Source: a virus
Taxonomy: Duplodnaviria > Caudoviricetes
Strand: one strand, 5' to 3'
DNA: 27,923 nucleotides
IMG/VR virus record: IMGVR_UViG_3300028925_011437
Span: 1-27,923 of that record
The notes beneath the pieces are model-generated. The model was not told the DNA's origin and made no database searches. It saw nothing but the letters and a program-made list of their open reading frames with translations. Shown piece by piece: positions 17,985 to 25,779 of this stretch; positions within the stretch are counted from its first letter, which is position 1, and the number at the start of each line of letters is the position of its first letter. The position numbers and the translations under genes were made by a program.

Positions 17985-18968
17985 CTAGTTACCCATGAAG
18001 TCATCGAACCTGTCTGTTGCGGGTGCGGCTGTCGTCGTGATGTCAGTCAACTTGTCTCTGATATTCTTTCGCTCGGTGTCATCCTCACCTGACAGTGCCG
18101 ACCTCGCCGCACCAAGATCACCACCACCCAGATCTTTTATATCTTTCATCAGATCTCTGATCTTATCAGCGGCATCAGTTAGGTCCTCGTCATCCAGTGC
18201 TTGACGCCACCCATCAATCTTATCTGCCAGATCTTCTAATTTATTCCATCCCTTTTCGTATGGCAGGGTATTCTTTCTGTTGTCTCCCTCAACGTGGACG
18301 TATTCATCAATGCGTTTCACGATAGCATTCGCCTCATCCATAACGCTATCTGCCATACCGCCAATAACGTTCGCTATCTTCTGGGCTTGCTCACGCTTGG
18401 CTCCCTCCACGCATCTGTCTATGACTTCTGACGGAGCCTTGAGCCTAATGTCATCACCGATATTAGCTTCATCTACGAGAGGCTTGATCCAAGTGTCCCA
18501 ACTGAATCTCTTTCGTAGATCCTCAACGGGTATGAAGAACTCTTGGAACCTGCCGTTCAATTGCGTCAACGCCTCGACTCTAAACAAATCCCACTGGGAA
18601 AATAAATTACGTTCCAGCAGGCGTTCCCATTCCATCCTATAACCGGACATTCTTTCTTCGTACTCAACCAGTTTGTCTGGAGCGAGAAGGTATTCATTGC
18701 CGCTAACACGACCGCCGTTCTCGTTGTTCCGCGAGGTAGTCCACGGAACAGTCACGCTTTTCATGTAGCCCCTAGCTTGAGCTACAGGAGCCTTGATCGC
18801 TCGTACTATCGCCTCATCAAAGATGGCCACCTGACCCTTGGCCCTGCGTGGATCTATCCCCGTGGCATCTGCCCCGGCATCCGATAATTCCTTGCATCTT
18901 TTAAGGTAGCCGTACTGGCTAACGCTAATACCAGTGATCAGAAAGTTTTCATAAAGCTTCTTGTTCAT
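17985..18968 (-). CDS. Helical protein between AAA and VWA genes (DUF3150-like by context)
   Basis: 327-aa ORF with strong RBS. 'TVPW....YLL', '(F)IPVEDLRKRFS' resemble the partner gene usually found in this triad. Confidence 0.55.
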   Translation of the reverse strand: MNKKLYENFLITGISVSQYGYLKRCKELSDAGADATGIDPRRAKGQVAIFDEAIVRAIKAPVAQARGYMKSVTVPWTTSRNNENGGRVSGNEYLLAPDKLVEYEERMSGYRMEWERLLERNLFSQWDLFRVEALTQLNGRFQEFFIPVEDLRKRFSWDTWIKPLVDEANIGDDIRLKAPSEVIDRCVEGAKREQAQKIANVIGGMADSVMDEANAIVKRIDEYVHVEGDNRKNTLPYEKGWNKLEDLADKIDGWRQALDDEDLTDAADKIRDLMKDIKDLGGGDLGAARSALSGEDDTERKNIRDKLTDITTTAAPATDRFDDFMGN

Positions 18969-18987
18969 GGTGCCCCCTCCTCTTGGG

Positions 18988-20187
18988 TTAGAAATAAAAG
19001 TCTTGGTTGTGGGCGTAATGCCTTACGAATTCAGTCTCTGTTTTAATGTCCTTGTTGAGTGCGAGTGCTGCACTAACGCATGCAACTGAAGCCTCCTGAT
19101 CAATTCTATTTACAAACTTAATTATATTATTGATCTGACTTGCGCCCCCAAGGCTGTGATAGGTGCTACGCTTTTTATCTAAACGCGCCACTAGCATGCA
19201 AATAATACTGCACAACATCACCCTTCCATTGGTGGTCGTATCGTTCCTGAGGGTATCTATCTTGTCACTATACTTGTCGGGATCCTTGAGCATCTCAGTA
19301 AGATCTCCAAACTTTTTTCCCGCATTGTGTACTGCGAACAATTCAGCAGTGCCTCGGTATCCAAGGATCCCTAGCATCATGGCCTCAGATACAGGAGAGT
19401 CCATGTCCAAGCCCGCATTTAATAAATTACTGGCTTGGAAAACTGTGGCCGGGGTGCAGAAAGGTTTGCCACTAGCCTCGTCATCCTGTGTAAAGAGGAA
19501 CTGATCGCCTACGTATTTGACAACCGTTTCCACCGAAGCATGCAGTTGACCCTTGTGGTGTTTCAAGAATCCTTCGGCGGTAGCTCGCACCTCTAGACTA
19601 CACGCTCTCCTGACTAGATCGCTGTGCATAGAGAACGCCCCCGCCCCATCTTCCGCATTGTTGGTGGTGCCAATGAAGTAGACGTTGGGTGGCACCTCGT
19701 AGTTCGTGCCCAAGGTTCTCTCATTGAAAAGCTCCGACCAGATCTTAAAATTCTCTGGCTTTTTGCCCATCTCTTCAGCGATGACGGTGCATCGGATGTC
19801 CTTCCGGTCCATGCCCTGCGTCCAACTTGCATCTGCTCCGGGCAGTGCAGTCGTGACGTACCTATCGTAGGTATGATCCCCGATAGCTGGCATCGCGAAA
19901 TCTTCTGGGTCGTATCCGGTAGCATTGAAGATCTGCATACCGTACTCACCGACCCCTGGCCTACCGCCGGAGTTGCAGTTCACGATTGGCATGGGCTCGC
20001 CATCGTTGTGACGGCGAGAGATTTCTACTACCGCTTTCTTAGCGGCGTAAGTCTTGCCATGCCCCGGTGGCCCCTTGAGGATCGTCGGGTAGCCCTCTTT
20101 TTCTAGCTGGACTACGGCCTCCGGTACTTCGTTAGGCTCTATGAATTGCCTAAGGTGATACTCCGTCTCTCTACTCTTGCTCGCCAT
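18988..20187 (-). CDS. MoxR-like AAA+ ATPase
   Basis: Walker A GPPGHGKT, Walker B-like VIAEE, sensor 'GTTN..EDGAG', arginine finger 'LVRR'. Confidence 0.85.
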   Translation of the reverse strand: MASKSRETEYHLRQFIEPNEVPEAVVQLEKEGYPTILKGPPGHGKTYAAKKAVVEISRRHNDGEPMPIVNCNSGGRPGVGEYGMQIFNATGYDPEDFAMPAIGDHTYDRYVTTALPGADASWTQGMDRKDIRCTVIAEEMGKKPENFKIWSELFNERTLGTNYEVPPNVYFIGTTNNAEDGAGAFSMHSDLVRRACSLEVRATAEGFLKHHKGQLHASVETVVKYVGDQFLFTQDDEASGKPFCTPATVFQASNLLNAGLDMDSPVSEAMMLGILGYRGTAELFAVHNAGKKFGDLTEMLKDPDKYSDKIDTLRNDTTTNGRVMLCSIICMLVARLDKKRSTYHSLGGASQINNIIKFVNRIDQEASVACVSAALALNKDIKTETEFVRHYAHNQDFYF

Positions 20188-20263
20188 ACTTCTATCCTCT
20201 TATTAAAGATTAGGGGAAACTTTCCCCTCCCAGACTTCTCTTCCATACAAATATAATTACTAG

Positions 20264-20497
20264 TTAATCATTTCGTTTGTCACTCACTCTGTTAAAGTCA
20301 ATAAGTATTCCGTCCAATCTCTTTACTACCGCTGTCACACGCTTGTGCAATCGTGCCTCATCTATGTCATCCCACAACTGGCACCTTGCTTTTTCTTGAC
20401 AGCATGAACTCTTTGAGGAGTTAAGACTTTCTGCCATGTCGGTCATGTCACGAACGGCATCTTCCAAACACTCTGCCATCCAATTTGATAGTGCCAT
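20264..20497 (-). CDS. Hypothetical protein
   Basis: 77-aa ORF co-oriented with the early region. Confidence 0.55.
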   Translation of the reverse strand: MALSNWMAECLEDAVRDMTDMAESLNSSKSSCCQEKARCQLWDDIDEARLHKRVTAVVKRLDGILIDFNRVSDKRND

Positions 20498-20560
20498 GCT
20501 GCTTACCTGGCCTCGTAGTTAGCTGAATTAATTTATTGTCTAAGTTTGTTTTTTGTTTCA

Positions 20561-20758
20561 TCACTCGCTGTGTTGGAAGCTTTCGATGTACGCATCTTTG
20601 AGTACTTGATATGCACCGATTGCTTCTTTCATCCGCTTCACCCTTATGTCTAGCATCTGACATGCGCTTGCTTCTGCGTCAGCCTCGCACCATGCCAGTG
20701 CTTCGTTGAGTACGTCGCTTAAAAACCAACGATCCGATAGTTCTACTTGCGTTGCCAT
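20561..20758 (-). CDS. Hypothetical protein
   Basis: GGAGG RBS before ATG 20758. Confidence 0.55.
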   Translation of the reverse strand: MATQVELSDRWFLSDVLNEALAWCEADAEASACQMLDIRVKRMKEAIGAYQVLKDAYIESFQHSE

Positions 20759-20925
20759 TCGTATGCCTCCCATCCGATTTCGTCAAGTATAATTCTTAGC
20801 CGGGCTAACCCCTGATCAACTCCGGCGCCTAAGTTAATTTTATTCTGCCGCAGTGTGAGCTGCCGCTCTGCCCTGATCGCTTGCCGGATCTCCGACAGCC
20901 TTCTCTCCTCTACTAACATCATCAT
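20743..20925 (-). CDS. Hypothetical protein
   Basis: GGAGGGAG RBS; 60 aa. Confidence 0.55.
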   Translation of the reverse strand: MMMLVEERRLSEIRQAIRAERQLTLRQNKINLGAGVDQGLARLRIILDEIGWEAYEWQRK

Positions 20926-20960
20926 GTTGCTCCCTCCGATGCGAGGGGAATATTTCCCCT

Positions 20961-21683
20961 CTAGTTTTTATTTCTGTCTACTGCTGTATCAATCAGTTCA
21001 TAGGCCATGTACTCGGCTTGCGTGAATGCAATCTCCGACTCCCTCCTCAACCTGGCCCCATCTATCTGTGCTTGGAGCGCAGTACTGCTGTGCAAGTATC
21101 CTTGAGAAAGTCTCTCGGCCTCCAACCTCACACTCATAGCTTTCTTGATGTGATACATGAACTTGTCTACGTCATCCCTTGATGGATGCCCGGCCAAGGA
21201 TGCTTGGTTTAACAGGCCAGTATGGAGCCGTGTATCCGTCAAACATTTTGGAAGGTTGAGATGTGCGTTGTCTTGGACTTTAGTATCTACACGCGAAGCC
21301 TCCCGTTTGATGAGGGAGACTCGCATTGCTTCAAACTTATCGACATCCATACCAAATAAGCTGGCCGTCATGTGTTGGAAGCTTTCGTTGAGCTTGGCGG
21401 CAACTTCCTCTGCGTCTTCTTCGCATCGGATGGTGCTGTCTATCTCATACTCACCATCACGGGTCGTTACGATGTACCGCGCTTGATCCCACCTGCTGAT
21501 CCCGTTGGCAATGCAACTGTCCGGGCTAAGCAGCCAAGCGACTGCGGCACCTTTCCAACGCTCATTCCAACGCTCATCGTCCCATGCTGTGTAAGCGAAG
21601 AAATTCCCGGAGTCGTCAGTTAATTTCTTGATCCCACTCCAACCTCCAGATGGCATCCACGGTAGTTCATTGTCGTCACTCAT
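20961..21683 (-). CDS. Hypothetical protein
   Basis: 240-aa ORF, GAGG RBS, start coupled to the upstream stop. Confidence 0.7.
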   Translation of the reverse strand: MSDDNELPWMPSGGWSGIKKLTDDSGNFFAYTAWDDERWNERWKGAAVAWLLSPDSCIANGISRWDQARYIVTTRDGEYEIDSTIRCEEDAEEVAAKLNESFQHMTASLFGMDVDKFEAMRVSLIKREASRVDTKVQDNAHLNLPKCLTDTRLHTGLLNQASLAGHPSRDDVDKFMYHIKKAMSVRLEAERLSQGYLHSSTALQAQIDGARLRRESEIAFTQAEYMAYELIDTAVDRNKN

Positions 21684-21826
21684 TCGTCGTCCTCTTTGTG
21701 AAGGGTCTTTGTTGTGTGTTCAACTATGGTTGCAACGATACAGAAGATGAAAAGGACTATGAGAATCCAAGCCACAAGTCGGATGTCATTGATGCCCTTC
21801 TCTATGATGCGTACAAACTCAAACAT
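21680..21826 (-). CDS. Small single-TM protein (48 aa, absent from the ORF track)
   Basis: Manual translation MFEFVRIIEKGINDIRLVAWILIVLFIFCIVATIVEHTTKTLHKEDDE. Fills the gap exactly, with an ATGA overlap. Confidence 0.6.
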   Translation of the reverse strand: MFEFVRIIEKGINDIRLVAWILIVLFIFCIVATIVEHTTKTLHKEDDE

Positions 21827-21842
21827 TATTTTTCTTCCCCCC

Positions 21843-22115
21843 TTATAGCCCGACTCCAAGTGCCCATTTCTTTGCGGCGTGAAGCGATGTGAATGTGCGC
21901 GGCTTCCCGACTGTCAGCCCCGTCTCTAAGCAGTAGCTCATCAGATCGAACGGTCCATCGGGTGAGCGGCGAGTGAGTTCCCATCCATCCCATGGGGTCT
22001 TGAGTTTCCAGACAATCGGATCGGAGGGTCGTGTCCCGCTCGGCGTGTCGATGACGTAGCACTCGGCCACTTCATCCCATCGGTGCGGCTGCGCTTGCAG
22101 TTGTGGTATGTTCAT
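21843..22115 (-). CDS. Hypothetical protein
   Basis: AAGGA RBS; 90 aa. Confidence 0.55.
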   Translation of the reverse strand: MNIPQLQAQPHRWDEVAECYVIDTPSGTRPSDPIVWKLKTPWDGWELTRRSPDGPFDLMSYCLETGLTVGKPRTFTSLHAAKKWALGVGL

Positions 22116-22153
22116 CGTGCTTTCCTTTGGGGAATATTTCCCCAGTTGTGAGA

Positions 22154-22627
22154 TTACTTACGCTCATCATCCGTGGTGCATTTGCTGTGGTCTGTGGTCA
22201 CCGTGTTGGCCAACGTTGACATCGCCCATGAGAGATGCATATCCCCGCCGCATCCGGGGCACACATCCTTCGCGGGTATCGGCCCCTCGCTTGGGGAATG
22301 TTTCCCCATAGGCTCGGGCTTGTACGCCCCCTCGCTCCACCTATCGACAGAGCGTGATGCCTCAGTCGCACGATAGCCGTGATCAGCAAGGGATGTGCCG
22401 CCTTGCGTGTACTGACTAGTCGTGGCGAGAACCTTGCTCTGATTCTTTTCCATCCGCTGCCATGGCTTGACCAAGGGTATCGGCAAGAGATGTTCTATCT
22501 TGCGTAGCTTGGCGTATGCTTGCTCGTAGGTGTCGCACCTAACGGCCATGAAATAGATCGCGGGACTCACGGTCTTAGCGCAGATGGGAACCGTCGCGGC
22601 CACCGCCGCATTGATTCCTTGTGCCAT
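22154..22627 (-). CDS. Hypothetical protein with C-terminal CxxC; first gene of the early operon
   Basis: GAGGAG RBS before ATG 22627. The longer track ORF reads through the palindromes. Confidence 0.55.
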   Translation of the reverse strand: MAQGINAAVAATVPICAKTVSPAIYFMAVRCDTYEQAYAKLRKIEHLLPIPLVKPWQRMEKNQSKVLATTSQYTQGGTSLADHGYRATEASRSVDRWSEGAYKPEPMGKHSPSEGPIPAKDVCPGCGGDMHLSWAMSTLANTVTTDHSKCTTDDERK

Positions 22628-22764
22628 CTTGTGGCGTCTCCTCTCGGGTTGTGCGTTTTTTGGGGAATAATTCCCCATTTTTTTTGGGGAATAATTCCCC
22701 ACTTGGGTCACGGACACACCACTTCCCCCCGAAGGGGAAGAGTGTCGGGCCGTTCGCCTTTCTT

Positions 22765-22793
22765 ATCCTACAATAAAATATAACGGATTTCAA
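22765..22793 (-). promoter_or_regulatory. Putative sigma70 early promoter
   Basis: Minus strand TTGAAA-17 bp-TAGGAT upstream of the early operon. Confidence 0.6.
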
Positions 22794-22868
22794 GTTCTTC
22801 GTGTACCTCTATCTAACCCTACGTTAGGTGGACCCCTTCGGGGAAAATCTCCCCCGCTATTGCTAGTG

Positions 22869-22897
22869 TTGACGGGACAAAGGACTAACGGTAGAGT
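22869..22897 (+). promoter_or_regulatory. Putative sigma70 promoter giving a leaderless mRNA
   Basis: TTGACG-17 bp-TAGAGT; the ATG begins 7 nt after the -10 box. Confidence 0.6.
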
Positions 22898-22903
22898 GGT
22901 GGT

Positions 22904-23341
22904 ATGACTAATCCCAATGGTGTTAGCCCAAAGCAGTCAGCGTTCGCCGCATTTGTAGCTGAAGGTGACAGCTACACAGATGCGTACCGCAAGGCGTATG
23001 ATGCGTCGAAGATGAAGGATCAAGTGGTATGGAACGCCGCCTCTCGACTGGCCAAGAATGAGAAGGTGCTGACTCACATCACCGCACTCAAGAAGAGAGA
23101 TGCAACTGCAATCAAGGCGCACGATAAACTGAGCAAGGACTGGATCGTTCAGCGGTTACAGGATGAAGCACAGAGTGAGAAGAACCCCGCCGCTACCCGT
23201 GTCCGCGCACTTGAATTGCTTGGCAAAACGAGCGGACTGTTCGATGAGTCAACGCACATTACGTTCGAGAACCGTGCCCCCGAAGATGTAGAGAAGGAGC
23301 TGCTAGAAAAGCTCGCTGTTCTGTTCCCGGCGGAGGCATGA
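22904..23341 (+). CDS. terS: Terminase small subunit-like protein
   Basis: 'SPKQSAFA..VAEG.SYTDAYRKAY....ASRL', 'RVRALELLGK..GLF'. Confidence 0.75.
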   Translation: MTNPNGVSPKQSAFAAFVAEGDSYTDAYRKAYDASKMKDQVVWNAASRLAKNEKVLTHITALKKRDATAIKAHDKLSKDWIVQRLQDEAQSEKNPAATRVRALELLGKTSGLFDESTHITFENRAPEDVEKELLEKLAVLFPAEA

Positions 23342-23426
23342 TAGCAAGGTTAGTTTGGACGGGGTTAACTACGTAACGACCCCGATGGGGAATGTTTCCC
23401 CACATGATTTGAACTAACCCCTTCGA

Positions 23427-23523
23427 GGCACCCGTACCTCAGGGCTTGCGCGTAATTCAAGTGGGTTTAGCGGACCCCATGGGGAAATTTTCCCCCGAAG
23501 GGTCGTTGGCACCCGTACCTCAG
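23427..23523 (+). repeat. 16-bp exact direct repeat GGCACCCGTACCTCAG (23427-23442, 23508-23523)
   Basis: Read directly; each copy follows a palindrome copy. Confidence 0.9.
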
Positions 23524-23620
23524 CGCGCGCGCGGCTGTTGGGGGGTGGAAGGGTGGGGTGTTGCTGTGGGGTGGTCGGGGGTGTTGTTGTGGGGTGGGCT
23601 GTTGGGGATGGGGGGTGGAA

Positions 23621-23715
23621 GCGTAGGGAAGTATGGCAGCGGTTCGTCATGCTTCGCTCGCTGGAACCCCCACGGCGTAGGGTAGCATGGCGGAAGTTAG
23701 TCATGCTACGCTCGC
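23621..23715 (+). repeat. Two 41-bp imperfect repeats, each a hairpin
   Basis: 23621-23661 versus 23675-23715, 34/41 identical. Confidence 0.85.
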
Positions 23716-23735
23716 CTCGAACGCGATGCTCGACC

Positions 23736-23780
23736 AAGAAGAAAAAAGGGGACAGCCAAGCCGAAGCCTGACTGTCCCCT
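23736..23780 (-). terminator. Rho-independent terminator with cUUCGg loop
   Basis: Minus strand AGGGGACAGTCAGGC-TTCG-GCTTGGCTGTCCCCT followed by a T-rich tract, just after the stop at 23789. Confidence 0.85.
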
Positions 23781-23788
23781 GATACTAG

Positions 23789-24040
23789 TTAGAAAGGAAG
23801 ATCATCGTCGTCGTCGTCCGGGTGGTATCCGGGGACCTTCGTCCATATCGAATTAAGTCTTGCGGCTGTCCACGCTTCTTGGGCTCTTGTGTGAGCGTCA
23901 AAGTCGAGTGCGAGTTGGTATTCGTCGTGTAGCTCGTGGACATCTCGCTGCTCCGCGATGCTCTTCCACTTACGGAAGTTGTCACCGCTGCAATGGGTGA
24001 GAAACTCTACGAGGAACTTATTGACGTTACGGGTACTCAT
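23789..24040 (-). CDS. Hypothetical protein with acidic DDDDDDLPF tail
   Basis: AAAGGAG RBS before ATG 24040; followed by a terminator. Confidence 0.7.
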   Translation of the reverse strand: MSTRNVNKFLVEFLTHCSGDNFRKWKSIAEQRDVHELHDEYQLALDFDAHTRAQEAWTAARLNSIWTKVPGYHPDDDDDDLPF

Positions 24041-24101
24041 GCTCGGATACTCCTTTGGGGCAGCCAAGCCGAAGCCTGACTGCCCCCGGTAGAGGTGAGT
24101 G

Positions 24102-24989
24102 TTACGTGTTGTCCTTGCGCGGACGAGCTTCGCGGATCTCGAATTCCGGCTCCCTCGCTGCATCCATGTGTATCCGGAGTCCGGATTTTGCAGCGGCGAG
24201 ATGCTTCGTATGGTCGTGGACCTGCGCTACCAGTTCCGCGCACAACTCGCCACCGGGCTCCTTCGTGATGATGACCTCAACGTCCTCGGTGTTGCCCCGG
24301 TTGCCGAAGGTCGTCAGCGTGTACTCCTCGACGCTGCCGTCTTTCAGCTTCCGGGTTTCGACGTTGTGGGTCTTCTCGTAGTCCGGAGTCATCATCCGCA
24401 TCCGACCGTCCTCGGCCCTGCCGACGACCATCCTCATCTCACTCCCGATAGCCCGCGCAAGCTGCGGCTCGGAGAGGATTTCTTGGACCGCCTTCCACGA
24501 GAGGCCGTCTTTGCCCTTGATGGCCGCTCGGACGTAGACATCCCGTGCCAAGGCCGGATCCATTTTGATGCATTCGATGGTGTTCTCAAGGACAGTCTTT
24601 CTCTGGCGAATGCCCTTCGTACAATTCTTTTTCGCACTCAACTCATCCATGGGAGGCTTCGGACCATCTCCGGAAGCGTGGGCTTTTGTCATCGCCCTGT
24701 GCAGCGCCAGAGTGGCCTTTTCTGCGCCGTCCTTAGCTGCCTCAAAGTCCGACTGAATGTCCAGCCGCATCAGAGATGAATCCGCGAGTCGGTCTTCCGG
24801 CGCGTTTGTCCACGCCTGAGCCAAGCTGATGAAGTGTTCGGCGGTCTTGTTGTCCACCGCGTTCTTCTCCGCCGTGACCATAGTTGCCGCCGCCACATTC
24901 GTTACAAGGTCCGAAAGCCTAGACTTCCGCCTTTTGTTGTAGACGGCAAGACTCAGGATCGGACTTTTACTGCGTGTAGCTCCAGCCAT
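24102..24989 (-). CDS. Hypothetical protein (GC-rich gene)
   Basis: GGAG RBS before ATG 24989; 295 aa; no recognised motif. Confidence 0.7.
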   Translation of the reverse strand: MAGATRSKSPILSLAVYNKRRKSRLSDLVTNVAAATMVTAEKNAVDNKTAEHFISLAQAWTNAPEDRLADSSLMRLDIQSDFEAAKDGAEKATLALHRAMTKAHASGDGPKPPMDELSAKKNCTKGIRQRKTVLENTIECIKMDPALARDVYVRAAIKGKDGLSWKAVQEILSEPQLARAIGSEMRMVVGRAEDGRMRMMTPDYEKTHNVETRKLKDGSVEEYTLTTFGNRGNTEDVEVIITKEPGGELCAELVAQVHDHTKHLAAAKSGLRIHMDAAREPEFEIREARPRKDNT

Positions 24990-25664
24990 GTTCGTACTCC
25001 AGGTAAGGCCCGTCAAAGCGAGCCGTGTCTCTTCTCGCGTCTCAAGAAGATGTGTCCGCTTCTTCCCGCCGAAGAGCCGCAAACCTATGTGGCCAAAGAT
25101 AAGAATCGTCACCAAGAATTCGACTTAATGTAGGCCGACGCTTCATCAGGCCTACGTTCATTCGGATTTGACTGACTATTCGTTCGACGTCACATAGTTT
25201 CCAGATCACGCCGTTCGATCTGGTTTTAGCGGCGACATCGGCGGGGACATCTTAGGGACATCTGATTGAGAGAGAGAGAGGACATTTCTAGAAGCACTGG
25301 AAGTAAACATGAGGTTAACTAGACAGCTCCATCGTCTAGGTGACCGGCCCACCGTTTACGTCCAGGGACCTAGAAATGGAGCGGATTCGTGGGCCGCCTG
25401 CGGCACACTCATCCGCAGAAGGAGCCCCTTACGCGTACACCGGATCTCAGTTTGGAGATTCGGATGTACCGTTGGTAGCGACGCAAAGCGGAAGAACCGG
25501 GGTTCCTACGACGGGTACGGTAAGCGGAAGGCCAGTGGGGGGGGAGGGGGTCAGCGTGGCTTCGCGGCTGTTTTATCTATAAACAGTGTTTTGCTCGAAA
25601 TGTCGCCCATTTCTGAACTCTACCACTTCTTCCCACGCTTTGTTCGCATCCACCCGGCTGGCAG

Positions 25665-25779
25665 TCTAGCATCTAGCTTGAATATCTAGCTTGAGTATCT
25701 AGCTAGGTTATTGTTTTAGGTTAATAGGCTAGATTACCTAGTCTATATTACCTAGTCTATATTATCTATATAGATAATA
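25665..25779. repeat. CTAG-rich tandem repeats and a 20-bp palindrome upstream of terL
   Basis: ATCTAGCTTGA(A/G)T twice plus a partial copy (25671-25706); ATTACCTAGTCTAT twice (25733-25760); TATTATCTATATAGATAATA (25760-25779). Confidence 0.85.

Larger units (their letters stand above)
20213..23495. repeat. Dispersed 15-bp palindrome GGGGAA-N3-TTCCCC (putative operators)
   Basis: Perfect copies start at 20213, 20945, 22129, 22293, 22662, 22686, 23387 and 23481; a one-mismatch copy at 22840; one more perfect copy at 13569. Confidence 0.9.

Noticed and set aside
22628-22717. N-terminal 'GNYSPK' peptide repeat in the track ORF
   Set aside because: It is the translation of the tandem DNA palindromes; the better-supported start is 22627.
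20213-23495. Palindrome as a CRISPR repeat or NF-kB site
   Set aside because: Too short, irregularly spaced and partly inside genes, with no cas operon. The NF-kB resemblance has no meaning in a phage.
23414-23771. ORFs across the G-rich repeat region
   Set aside because: Low-complexity translations of repeats with no RBS.
25140-25150. CTGATGA on the minus strand, suggesting a hammerhead ribozyme
   Set aside because: No stem II followed by GAAA in the required position.
25130-25156. GTAGGCC...ATCAGGCCTAC resembles enterobacterial REP elements
   Set aside because: Single copy and no RAYT gene; treated as the apex of the larger palindrome.
25309-25689. ORFs of 126 and 80 aa upstream of terL
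   Set aside because: No convincing RBS or protein-like features; the region looks regulatory.
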